A DNA stretch of 64,000 bases, from assembly GCA_048882485.1 (NCBI GenBank), contig JBHLRP010000006.1, positions 1-64,000 on the forward strand. Reading direction: 5' to 3'. Every line of letters starts with the position of its first letter. Position 1 is the stretch's first letter. Under the pieces are notes generated by a model. It made no database searches. It was not told the DNA's origin and saw only the letters and a program-made list of their open reading frames with translations. Shown one piece after another: positions 47,556-56,786 of this stretch. A program made the position numbers and the translations under genes. Source of the stretch: Candidatus Thorarchaeota archaeon. GTDB taxonomy: Archaea > Asgardarchaeota > Thorarchaeia > Thorarchaeales > Thorarchaeaceae.

Positions 47556-48386
47556 ATGCAAAAGGCCGACTGCAGCAAACAAGAGGAACTCGCCGAAGAG
47601 AAAGCTGCAGAAGGTTTCAATGAGTACTCGATGGAGCTCTTTGCATCAGCTGCAGAGTGTTGGAGACGTTGGGAGTTTTTTGCTAGAGCTGCCAATTGCT
47701 TCGAACGTGCCTACGAGCACGCAATGTTAGCTCATAAGTATTCAAGAGCAGCTAATGTAATGATTGAAGGAGGGTACTCATGGATCAAAGAGGGACAGCA
47801 TGAGAAGTTTGAGATTGACTGTCAAATAGCATCAGAAGCATACATCTTAGCCGCTGAGAATGAAAAGGATCCATCCTATTTTGTGGAAGGGTCCTTGTGC
47901 GCTATTACTGGCGGTGATATTGAGCTAGCAAAGCAGCTTATACATGCAGCCGCTGAAACTACGAAAGGCCAGATTAGAGAGCTGATTATCTTCGCACTGA
48001 TGTTGAGCGAATATCACTTCGGAGATGCAGACCTCTATATCGAAGAAGTTCTCCAAACAGCGGTTGATAGGAAAACTTTCCGCAAGGCGCATCAATACCT
48101 CTACTTGATTCTTACTGGTTTCATTCGCACATCATTGGAATCAGAAGCAGCTGTTACAATGACAAGTCTGGTTGAAAGCACTGGCATGAAAGAGGCAAAA
48201 CTAGCAAAATTGGTGAGAAAGGGCATTCAGGAAGGACTGATTCCTGCATACTATGATGCCGACTCGAGGGAGCTTGTTGTAGATACTGATAGATACGATG
48301 TTTCTGCACTCGCGAAAAGAAAAGGCCCAATTATGAGCCGGGACCTCGATGATCCTGGTGCATGGGACCTTGATTTGGGGGAGTGA
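47556..48386 (+). CDS. helical-repeat (SNAP/TPR-like) protein with C-terminal PCI-like winged helix
   Basis: A..F..AA.C / AA.CF..A repeats; VTMTSL...GM....L..LV...I.EG.I.AYYD....LV. Confidence 0.7.
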   Translation: MQKADCSKQEELAEEKAAEGFNEYSMELFASAAECWRRWEFFARAANCFERAYEHAMLAHKYSRAANVMIEGGYSWIKEGQHEKFEIDCQIASEAYILAAENEKDPSYFVEGSLCAITGGDIELAKQLIHAAAETTKGQIRELIIFALMLSEYHFGDADLYIEEVLQTAVDRKTFRKAHQYLYLILTGFIRTSLESEAAVTMTSLVESTGMKEAKLAKLVRKGIQEGLIPAYYDADSRELVVDTDRYDVSALAKRKGPIMSRDLDDPGAWDLDLGE

Positions 48387-48536
48387 GTGCTACTGCAACA
48401 TCCGATTAACATTGATATTCGAATCATAGCATGATTGAAGTTGCATTCGCTGGCTTCACTAGCTGAAGGAGCAGCAAACGTTTTTAGTACGATTGCAGAT
48501 TCTCAATCGCCGGCTCCTATTGCAAAGGTGGTTTAG

Positions 48537-48758
48537 ATGGCTGAAGGCCTAAAGTGGTTGCAGTGCCCTGTCTGTAAGAAGACGATTTCTTGGAAAGTTC
48601 CAGACCAGGCACTCAAGAAAGTTACACGCTTTCCTGTGGCTATAGTCGTCAAACACGATGACCACAATCTGGTCTGTTATGTTGATAGTCATCTGCAACT
48701 CGCAGACACCGAGGTTGCAGCCGCCTATGTAGAAGGCAAATCAAAAGATGAGGATTGA
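48537..48758 (+). CDS. small putative Zn-binding protein
   Basis: CPVC...FP....H.DH....YVD; SD AAGGTGG. Confidence 0.75.
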   Translation: MAEGLKWLQCPVCKKTISWKVPDQALKKVTRFPVAIVVKHDDHNLVCYVDSHLQLADTEVAAAYVEGKSKDED

Positions 48759-48775
48759 CTGTCCAAACCTGCTTT

Positions 48776-49339
48776 TCACTCCAGATCATTGTCCATAGCC
48801 CATTCAAGCACTCTCGATGCTTGCGCGCTGGCCATGCCCCAATTCATAAGTTTGTCAATCAAGCTGCGGATGCCAGACACCCAATCAGAGAGAACATCCT
48901 CAATCCTTCCTCTCAGGCCTGGCTCATGGACCTCTTTAAGAAATGGCAGTAGCTTATCGACCCAAGTCTGAGATAGGACCAATAGAGTTTCGAGTCTTGC
49001 AATCCACTCTTGTCGGGGCAAGCCACTAAGAGTCTGAGCAACAGCAAGATGATAGTCATACTGGGCGGTAATATACCTCAGGCGCCAGCTAATGACCTCA
49101 ATCAGAAGTGTGCGATAGTCGTTATTCGGTGCGGTTCTGACCAGAAGAGTAAGGAAACGTTCGGACATCTCGTCTGCAGACTGACTCGCTTCATAGTACA
49201 ATGCCATTGCCTGCTGATGCTGCTCATTAGCCAGAAGCTCATCGGCTTCACTCACGGCGCTCTTGAAACGGTCAAGCAGCTCGCGAGTAGTGTTGTCTGA
49301 GGAGGCTTCTGCATCATTTTGGTTCAGGTTCACTGGCAT
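48776..49339 (-). CDS. hypothetical all-helical protein
   Basis: 187-aa ORF with amphipathic helices; no family recognised. Confidence 0.7.
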   Translation of the reverse strand: MPVNLNQNDAEASSDNTTRELLDRFKSAVSEADELLANEQHQQAMALYYEASQSADEMSERFLTLLVRTAPNNDYRTLLIEVISWRLRYITAQYDYHLAVAQTLSGLPRQEWIARLETLLVLSQTWVDKLLPFLKEVHEPGLRGRIEDVLSDWVSGIRSLIDKLMNWGMASAQASRVLEWAMDNDLE

Positions 49340-49503
49340 TCACCGTAGCTTAGTGGGTTTCTTACAGGACAAATAGACAGCCTGGATGACGGTTGCATCA
49401 TCGATGAAGTCCACACATCAATGTGGTCTCCCTGCGACAATTTTGTCCATTGGTTCCTCGCATGATTCGCAATTCTTCATGCCTTAGATGCCCTAAAAGA
49501 TGT

Positions 49504-50511
49504 CTATGATGTCCTCCCCATATCTAGAGCGGTGTCATTTAGCGGTGGAAGGTTATTCTTCTTGTAATCATCGGTAGATTCAGTCCAATGGATGAAATCA
49601 GATGATGGTGGATACTCAGAGTAAAGAAACGCCCTCATTGATTCCAGACACCGATTCTCAATTTCAAGCGACTCGGCAACACTTACAATTCGGTTGCCTG
49701 CGCTTTCTGCTGCCGCCCTGATGGGACGCAGCCAATCGAGCCACTCCGTTGATCTCATGAGATGATGGTCAACTACAACCAGTGGAAGCTCTGTGGCAAG
49801 TCTTGTCAGTGATAGAGATGCAGATTGTCTGTGATGCTCCTCGAATCTTCTCAAATAAATCGGAGGGCCACCAACCAGCAGTATGTCGGGAGAGGTTGAT
49901 ATGATATACTCCAAATCATCTTGAACTGTAGGACCTTGAAGGTCAGGGGCAAACAGCACAGAATGACCTTCATGCTCTATTGAAGTTGCGACTACGTATC
50001 CTAATTTCGTATTAGAGGGGCCATGTGATAGTGGCTTTGAACAGACGACTTTTGTTGCTCCGAATTCGAAAGTTTCACCATCACTCCAATGTATCTTCTC
50101 TGTAATTGGTTGAACATCCTTTTCGAAGTAGAATCCTCTGCGTCGCTGAGAGGGATTGATATTGTCTCTATTGTCCTTTGCAAGAATCACCTTTCCATCA
50201 AACAGCCTTTGGAGTTCCTCACGCGAACTTAAGTTGTAGCGGAAATCTGTAAATCCCGGACTAACATGGTCATAATGATAGTGAGATACTGAGAGAACAT
50301 CAGCCTTCCTTGACTCCACAAAGATTCTTTCGAGGCTCTTAATGAGTGTTTGATACTCAATTGGATGCGGCTCGAAACGCTCTCGCATTGCCAGGGCGGC
50401 AGAAGGATCAAGCACCATGTGTATATCGGGAGTCTTCACTAATGTGCAAAATGATCGCACTCCTAGACTTTCTGCGGCTAGGGGCACTACTTCTATTTCT
50501 CCAGTTTGCAC
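49504..50511 (-). CDS. MBL-fold hydrolase, UPF0282-like
   Basis: PLAAESLGVRS, DP..AL, SHYHYDH, SQ.RR, HG, D.QGP, GGPP.YL, DHHLMR. Confidence 0.88.
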   Translation of the reverse strand: MQTGEIEVVPLAAESLGVRSFCTLVKTPDIHMVLDPSAALAMRERFEPHPIEYQTLIKSLERIFVESRKADVLSVSHYHYDHVSPGFTDFRYNLSSREELQRLFDGKVILAKDNRDNINPSQRRRGFYFEKDVQPITEKIHWSDGETFEFGATKVVCSKPLSHGPSNTKLGYVVATSIEHEGHSVLFAPDLQGPTVQDDLEYIISTSPDILLVGGPPIYLRRFEEHHRQSASLSLTRLATELPLVVVDHHLMRSTEWLDWLRPIRAAAESAGNRIVSVAESLEIENRCLESMRAFLYSEYPPSSDFIHWTESTDDYKKNNLPPLNDTALDMGRTS

Positions 50512-51002
50512 TATACAGCCTTCCTATAGTAGTTGAGTTTGTATACTCTCTGATCATGTTCCAGCTCAGCTTCGTATACTTGAGCAGCGCTATTTACCGT
50601 CCTAAAACAGTCAAACATGAACCGATCAGAGGGTAGGAATTCGGATTGACGCGCATTGATCTCATCCAAAGTAAAGAGTGCCAGTTCACCTTCTCTATGC
50701 GATTCGTTGTAGTCGCTAATCTCTCCATGACCAACGAATATCAAAAAGTGATTCACAAGTTCTCCATCTCTTTGGACCAATCTTTCCGAAACAATCCCTC
50801 TGTACTCATAGTTAGTGAGAGAGGCCGCACCAGTTTCTTCTAGAACCTCTCGTTTTGCTGCTTCAAGTATATGCTCTCCAATCCCTACCTTGCCGCCCAC
50901 CAAGCTCCATAGGTTCTCGTATGGATAATTAGTGCGCTTCAAGAAGAGATACTGCCCTTTGCATCGGAGAATGCTAATCACTATTGGGATCATGGAAGCC
51001 AC
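50511..51002 (-). CDS. NUDIX hydrolase
   Basis: Nudix box GGKVGIGE....AAKREVLEETG; start GTG 51002 or ATG 50993. Confidence 0.9.
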   Translation of the reverse strand: MASMIPIVISILRCKGQYLFLKRTNYPYENLWSLVGGKVGIGEHILEAAKREVLEETGAASLTNYEYRGIVSERLVQRDGELVNHFLIFVGHGEISDYNESHREGELALFTLDEINARQSEFLPSDRFMFDCFRTVNSAAQVYEAELEHDQRVYKLNYYRKAV

Positions 51003-51107
51003 TGGGAACTCCTCACACTGGGTTGTTTGGACAGCAGTTATTTCAACGAGCTCGGCTTTAAACCTAGGGGGTGATGAGGCGAACATTCAAAGCACCCGCT
51101 ACCTCTT

Positions 51108-52571
51108 GTGCTGTGGGTAGTAAACTTGGGCTCAGTAATCTCCAATGCAATTGCTTCTGCAGTTCTGTCAGAGATTATGCCTACTGATGAGGAGATTGAG
51201 AAACAGATTACAGTAATTGAAAGCCTCAAGTTCGCACTTGAACGCTACGCGACTGATAACGGCTTTCCATATCATTCAATTGAACCTCAGGGCTCAACAG
51301 GGAGAAAACAGACTCAGCTCAGGGGAGCTTCGGATATAGACCTCTTTGTGATTCTCTCACAAGACGATTACCCAGAGGAACTAAGTCAAGATCCGAAGAG
51401 GAGGAGAGATGCTATTGACAACCTCATGAACGGTATGGTGGAAAACTGGTTCAAACCCGCGCTTTCTGGAATCAAGGTCAATTCGCTTCAAAAGACATAC
51501 TCCCAGCATCCGTACTTGTCCCTTGAGATGATGGGGTTCGAGGTCGATATAGTGTCGTGCTTCTTCATTCCTCAGAGTGATTTGAAGAGAACTGGCCCAA
51601 TCACTGCGATGGACAGGACTATCCATCATTCGGAATATGTCTTCAATAACATAGGATTACTTAGAGATGATGTCAGGATTCTGAAATCATTTGTTCGCGC
51701 TTGTCATGCCTACGCTGATAGGTGCGCGGTTGGACAAATGGGATTTACAGGCTATGCCTTAGAGCTCCTAGTCATTTTGAAGGGTGGAGTTGATGAAGCT
51801 ATCAGAGCGATTCTTGAGCTCGATGTTATTCCTGTTGATCCATTCCATAGGAGTCTAGAGGATTTAGGAAAGATGCCAGCCTTTAGAGATGACAAAATCT
51901 TCATCATGGATCCTATAGATCCAGGTAGGAATGTCGCATCAAGTTTTGACAATAGATCTTTTCGGCTATTAAAGGTACTATCAGCCCGCCTAATTTCTGC
52001 AGCTGAGAAAGGGAATTCCAGCAAGGTCCAGGAGCTACTCTTGGAGAAACCAATACCGACCACTGCAGTGCCAAAATGGTTTGAAAAGCATAGTTCTGTC
52101 CACGAATTCAAATCAGATGGCTCGATTCACTATACGATTTTGAGAGACAAGATTCATAGCTTTGCAAGAAAAGCAGCTAACGAATTGTCTAGAGAGAATA
52201 CAGGAGAGCCTCGATTCGGTGAAATACTCACCGAGGTATACTTAGAGGGATCATCATACGCTGTTGGGTTCATAATAGAGAAACCTATGATATCGGAGAA
52301 ATACGAGAGAAAAGGTCCACCAATGTCACTGAAAAATGCCTCGGACAGCTTTCGTCAGGCGCATCCCGATGCTATCGAAAGAGATGGATATCTTTGGATA
52401 GAAGAGTTTCGTAGGTGGACCTCTGCAGAGGACCATGTTGCTTCACTTATAGAGAGTGTTTCTATCAATGGCCTTGCACTGACAAGCAAAAGCGAAACCT
52501 CTTCCAAGCTGCTGAATATCATGATGAACTGGGTACTTCTCGCTGAGCCCGACTTCCCATCATTGAAGTGA
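51108..52571 (+). CDS. cca: archaeal class I CCA-adding enzyme
   Basis: GS...T.LRG.SDIDLF, Y..HPY, VDIV.C, TAMDRT.HH, GFTGY..ELL, DP.DP.RNVA, GPP. Confidence 0.9.
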   Translation: MLWVVNLGSVISNAIASAVLSEIMPTDEEIEKQITVIESLKFALERYATDNGFPYHSIEPQGSTGRKQTQLRGASDIDLFVILSQDDYPEELSQDPKRRRDAIDNLMNGMVENWFKPALSGIKVNSLQKTYSQHPYLSLEMMGFEVDIVSCFFIPQSDLKRTGPITAMDRTIHHSEYVFNNIGLLRDDVRILKSFVRACHAYADRCAVGQMGFTGYALELLVILKGGVDEAIRAILELDVIPVDPFHRSLEDLGKMPAFRDDKIFIMDPIDPGRNVASSFDNRSFRLLKVLSARLISAAEKGNSSKVQELLLEKPIPTTAVPKWFEKHSSVHEFKSDGSIHYTILRDKIHSFARKAANELSRENTGEPRFGEILTEVYLEGSSYAVGFIIEKPMISEKYERKGPPMSLKNASDSFRQAHPDAIERDGYLWIEEFRRWTSAEDHVASLIESVSINGLALTSKSETSSKLLNIMMNWVLLAEPDFPSLK

Positions 52572-52605
52572 AAGTGTTTAAGGAGGGCCTTGTTCTTTCT
52601 GAGAG

Positions 52606-53691
52606 GTGGAGTTGGAATTGACGACTCATGGAATGTCCTTCATCCATCAACCTCTATCTGACACACATGCCCAACCATTCCCCAAGCCGAATATCGAAGC
52701 GTTTGAGAATCCGCTTAGAATTCAGATGGCTTACAAGTACCTTGAAGAGAATGGCGTGCTTAAAGGGATGAAGGTGTCCAAGGCAAATCGAGCAAAGTTT
52801 GATGATGCACTGCTAGTCCACTCACCATACCTCGTTCATACTGTTGAGATAATGTCTGACTTGGGAAGTGGATATCTTGGCGAATCGTCATATGCAAGTC
52901 CCGACTTACTTCGCTCTGCTCTGCATGCACTCGGCGGAGCAATTGAATCTGCAAAGCTAGTATCAGAAGGGAACACCAGACATGCCTTCGCACTAGTAAG
53001 GCCGCCTGGGCATCATGCATCGACTTCAACATCGATGGGTCTGTGTTATTTCAACAATGTTGCTGTTGCTGCGAAGACTGCTATGGCAAGAGATGACGTG
53101 AATCGAATCACGATTCTTGATATAGACAATCACTTTGGAAATGGGACGGCTGAGATATTCTATGCAGATTCGAATATACAGTATATCTCGATGCACGAGT
53201 ATGACTATGAGAATTTTGGCGTGGGACATTTTGACGAGATTGGGCATGGTGAAGGGAAAGGAAAGAACATCAACATTCCCCTCGTTGAAACGAGTCCTAA
53301 CATCTCATACGAGTCAGCATTAAAGCAGATTGTAACTCCAGCTTTGGAAAGCTTCAAACCTGACATCATAGCAGTTTCTGCTGGATTCGATGCCCACTAT
53401 GCGGATCCCGTAGGGAACATGGATGTTGATTCGAGAACATACTGGCTTATTGGAAACCTCGTAGAGAAGACGGTGTCTAAGCTGGGAATTAGAGGCTCAT
53501 TTTGGATTCTTGAGGGAGGATACAATCCATTTGTGCTTGGTTCAAGCATAAGAGCGAGTCTGGAAGGGCTACAAAACAGGAAACTCCCTCAACTCGATGA
53601 TCAGATCGATCGTGAGAAGCACAAGATGTTGATAGAATCCAATGAGGAGATTATTGAGAAGGTCCTAGAAACGGTTTCGCCCTATTTCTGA
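52606..53691 (+). CDS. histone deacetylase family protein
   Basis: E.P.R, RPPGHHA, GLCYFNN, DIDNHFGNGT, NIPL, SAGFDAH..DP, LEGGY. Confidence 0.93.
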   Translation: MELELTTHGMSFIHQPLSDTHAQPFPKPNIEAFENPLRIQMAYKYLEENGVLKGMKVSKANRAKFDDALLVHSPYLVHTVEIMSDLGSGYLGESSYASPDLLRSALHALGGAIESAKLVSEGNTRHAFALVRPPGHHASTSTSMGLCYFNNVAVAAKTAMARDDVNRITILDIDNHFGNGTAEIFYADSNIQYISMHEYDYENFGVGHFDEIGHGEGKGKNINIPLVETSPNISYESALKQIVTPALESFKPDIIAVSAGFDAHYADPVGNMDVDSRTYWLIGNLVEKTVSKLGIRGSFWILEGGYNPFVLGSSIRASLEGLQNRKLPQLDDQIDREKHKMLIESNEEIIEKVLETVSPYF

Positions 53692-53794
53692 TGAAAGTGT
53701 GTAGCTAATTTGCGGTACTTCTGAATCGTTCCATGCACAACGTTTTAAGGCCAAGCAACTTCGGCGATTTCAGAACCAGCAATGGTGAGTATAT

Positions 53795-54082
53795 TTGGGT
53801 AAAAAGAGAAAATCCGGTGGCAGAAGCAAGGGCAGCGCAGGAAAGTCCAAGACAGTCCAGTGCTCAAAGTGCGGACGAATGGTCCCAGCTGACAAGGCCA
53901 AGAGATATACAAAGCGGGTTTCAGCTGTCGATCCACAGCTTGCACGTGAACTCCGCCAACAGGGGAGTTTCATTCAGACTCGCAAGACCACATCATACTA
54001 CTGCGTTAGCTGTGCAGTGCACTCTGGAAAGGTCCAGATTCGACAAGCATCTGAGCGGAAAACAAAACCTGGCCGCCGCTAA
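53795..54082 (+). CDS. rps26e: ribosomal protein eS26
   Basis: KKRKSGGRSKG, VQCSKCGR.VP.DKA, YCVSCAVH...V.IR. Confidence 0.96.
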   Translation: MGKKRKSGGRSKGSAGKSKTVQCSKCGRMVPADKAKRYTKRVSAVDPQLARELRQQGSFIQTRKTTSYYCVSCAVHSGKVQIRQASERKTKPGRR

Positions 54083-54157
54083 TAGATCAAACACAACATG
54101 TCAGATATTATTGCCTCGCGAATATCAAAGGACCCATCATAATAGCTGGTTCTCCAA

Positions 54158-54760
54158 ATGATGGAACAAGTAACACATCTGAGATTCATTTTGTACATCC
54201 CAGAAATCTTTGAAGCTGGAAATTTCCATTTAAAAGACCTACCAGGATCAGGAAAGAGAATAGATGTTCTATGCCGCGCTCTAGCCGCATGTTTCGACTG
54301 GGGACCAGCAAGTCTTGATAAATCGAGTCTGGAGATTATCGCCCTTGATGACAAGACCTCTTGTCTTCGAATCAAAAACCCAAACGCAGAGATGCCAAGA
54401 GGTGAGGTTTGGTGGGCAGATGCAGTCAAGGATGCATTGAACGGAAACCCCCCTCCTTTCATAGGTGTTGAGAATAAGACCTTGAAAGACGTTATCATGG
54501 AAATCTTGGCCGGCAGGGAAGATAACCTGTGGGTGCTAGATGAAGGTGGAGAATCATTGGCTCAAGAAAAGAAGCCGTTATTCAATGCGCAGAACAGCTT
54601 CATTATTGGGGGCTATAGAGGGTTTGATTCCGAGGCGCTGAAAGCCTTTGAAGACCACAGCATTTATCGACTCTCTCTAGGAACAACTAGCTACCTTGCG
54701 AGTCATTGCATTGCAGCGATAATATCAATGTATGAGGAGATGATTCATGATGTCAGGTGA
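54158..54760 (+). CDS. trmY: tRNA (pseudouridine54-N1)-methyltransferase, SPOUT family
   Basis: F.LKDLPGSG.RIDVLCR, L.E.G, FIIG...G, SLG...YLASHCI. Confidence 0.85.
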   Translation: MMEQVTHLRFILYIPEIFEAGNFHLKDLPGSGKRIDVLCRALAACFDWGPASLDKSSLEIIALDDKTSCLRIKNPNAEMPRGEVWWADAVKDALNGNPPPFIGVENKTLKDVIMEILAGREDNLWVLDEGGESLAQEKKPLFNAQNSFIIGGYRGFDSEALKAFEDHSIYRLSLGTTSYLASHCIAAIISMYEEMIHDVR

Positions 54761-55097
54761 AACTTCCGAAAAGCAGTCAAGAGCCGTAGAAAGACTAGTG
54801 AACAAACTGACCAAGGAGATGCTCTGGATATACATTCTTCGACTCCTCCAAGAAAGACCCCACTACGGGTATGAGATAAAGGAGCTCGTAACAAAGAGGT
54901 TCGGGTTTTCGCCTGCTACAGTGAGCGGCTATGCAATCATATATCGCTTGCAGAGAGACGGTCTCATACAGAGCCAAGCGTCCAGTGAATCAACAAGAAA
55001 ATACTACGAGATAACAGAGAAAGGCAGTGAAGCAATGAAGCTAGCCAGAGATTTCCTCTTTTCAACCATATCAAGAGTATTTGATATCACTGAATAA
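54747..55097 (+). CDS. PadR family transcriptional regulator
   Basis: LWIYIL.LL...P.YGYEI, Y...Y.L..DGLI, RKYY.ITEKG. Confidence 0.92.
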   Translation: MMSGETSEKQSRAVERLVNKLTKEMLWIYILRLLQERPHYGYEIKELVTKRFGFSPATVSGYAIIYRLQRDGLIQSQASSESTRKYYEITEKGSEAMKLARDFLFSTISRVFDITE

Positions 55098-55988
55098 TTA
55101 ACGAATAGTGATTTCCTCAAGCAGTTGCTTGGTTCTTTGTTGTACGACCTTGCTATCAAGTCTGAAATCTGTACCCCCTGAGGACTCAACAACAATACTA
55201 GCAACAGCTGAGGCAAAGGCTCCACATTCAGCAATTGAACGCTCTTCTATCATCTTTGCGGCAAAAGCGGACAAATATGAATCACCCGCACCAGTACCAT
55301 TCGCTGTATTAATCTTGTATGCAGGAATCCGGTAGAAATCCATCCCATCGAATACAATACTACCTTCATCAGAAAGGGTGACTATTCCTACTTCGGACCC
55401 AGATTCAACTAGCATCTCAACAGCCAGAAAAGGATCATCTTCACCAGTCAAGATCTTGGACTCTAAGCGATTTGGCTTCACAACATCAATGAGGTCCAGT
55501 ATTTCCTCTGCTACGCGATGATTCCCCATGAGCCGGACCCGATTGTCTTCGCTAACTCTCCTAAATCGGGGGTCGAGAAGAATGATTGAATCTGAAGATT
55601 CATGGAGCCACTCAATGAATTCAGCGTGAATCTCACGAAGCACGGGGCTTAGCAGAATCATCTTTGCATGGAGGAATTCGTCCGGAATATCGCGAATTCC
55701 TATTTCGCTCTTTGTTCCGACCAAGTTCGCGAATTTGCTTCCTTCTAGGTCTAGTGCAACTTGAAACCTACTGGTTTCAGCAGAGTTGGTCAAGAAGAAC
55801 TCGATATCGTGCTTGTCTAGAACCTCTGTTGCCTTGCTACGTAGCTCGCTGCCAACAGTTCCAACCAATGCGACATTTCCTACTCCCAGCTTCGCCGCCA
55901 CGACTGCAGCATACACAGCTCCACTTGCCAGTCGTATGGACTTTTCCTCGTAATAAGCTGGATTTCCAATCACGACAATGTCATACAT
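55098..55988 (-). CDS. PfkB/ribokinase family sugar kinase
   Basis: G...YA...A.KLG, KPN..E, VT....GS, TGAGDSY..AF; start MYDIVV at 55988. Confidence 0.9.
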   Translation of the reverse strand: MYDIVVIGNPAYYEEKSIRLASGAVYAAVVAAKLGVGNVALVGTVGSELRSKATEVLDKHDIEFFLTNSAETSRFQVALDLEGSKFANLVGTKSEIGIRDIPDEFLHAKMILLSPVLREIHAEFIEWLHESSDSIILLDPRFRRVSEDNRVRLMGNHRVAEEILDLIDVVKPNRLESKILTGEDDPFLAVEMLVESGSEVGIVTLSDEGSIVFDGMDFYRIPAYKINTANGTGAGDSYLSAFAAKMIEERSIAECGAFASAVASIVVESSGGTDFRLDSKVVQQRTKQLLEEITIR

Positions 55989-55992
55989 TGAG

Positions 55993-56712
55993 TCATTCTT
56001 CACCTTCCATTTGTAGGATGACTTTCCGTGCATATGCCAACCGCTGAACTACAGTGATGTGTGACAATATTCCGACGATTACAACACACAACGTAAGGAT
56101 GTTCGTTACTCCAGCTGTGACAAACAGATCCATAATACCAGCAGGTAGAAAAGCCAAGAATTCAAGCCAGATATTTGTGGGAGGCAGAGCCAGAAGGAGT
56201 ATCCCTGCGAAAGTCAGTATTAGCTTCTCCTGTCTCTCTGCAATTCCGACCGAGCAGCTTTCCATTCCTCCGACCGACTCGGCCTTGGCTCTCGAAAAGC
56301 TCGCCATGATCATTCCGAATAATGAGAACACTCCCCAGAACCATGGGAGATAGCTCTCATTTGGTGTTATTATCCACCAAGCTACCGGTGTCATGACTGT
56401 GGGCCCCATCATCAATCCTAGGATAAAGAGAAACTCAGCATATCTGTCGAGGGTATGGTCGAATGTTGCCCCGAACTTGGTCATTAGATTTGCCGCGCGG
56501 GCAACTGCTCCATCAAGCATATCCATAACGACAGTGAGGAGCATCAGAAGAAAGCCTCCCATGAGATCACCCAGGAAGAAAAAGTATGCGCTCACCAAAG
56601 CAACTAGCACCGTAAGTCCAGTTATCACATTTGGAGTAATTCCAGTCCTAGCTAGTAGTCTTCCCACTGGCATCATGACCTTCTGATATCTCTCTCTCAA
56701 TTTTCCAAGCAT
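55993..56712 (-). CDS. CDP-alcohol phosphatidyltransferase (archaetidylinositol phosphate synthase-like)
   Basis: TPN.IT, DMLDGAVAR...T.FGA.FD..LDR, S..RAKAE, G..ER.E, T..QR. Confidence 0.9.
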   Translation of the reverse strand: MLGKLRERYQKVMMPVGRLLARTGITPNVITGLTVLVALVSAYFFFLGDLMGGFLLMLLTVVMDMLDGAVARAANLMTKFGATFDHTLDRYAEFLFILGLMMGPTVMTPVAWWIITPNESYLPWFWGVFSLFGMIMASFSRAKAESVGGMESCSVGIAERQEKLILTFAGILLLALPPTNIWLEFLAFLPAGIMDLFVTAGVTNILTLCVVIVGILSHITVVQRLAYARKVILQMEGEE

Positions 56713-56786
56713 GAGCTTCACATTTCCAGGATTCGAGGTCGGGCTTCGCCGACCTGACTTGCGTTAATAAACGTGTTGTGGGCTGC

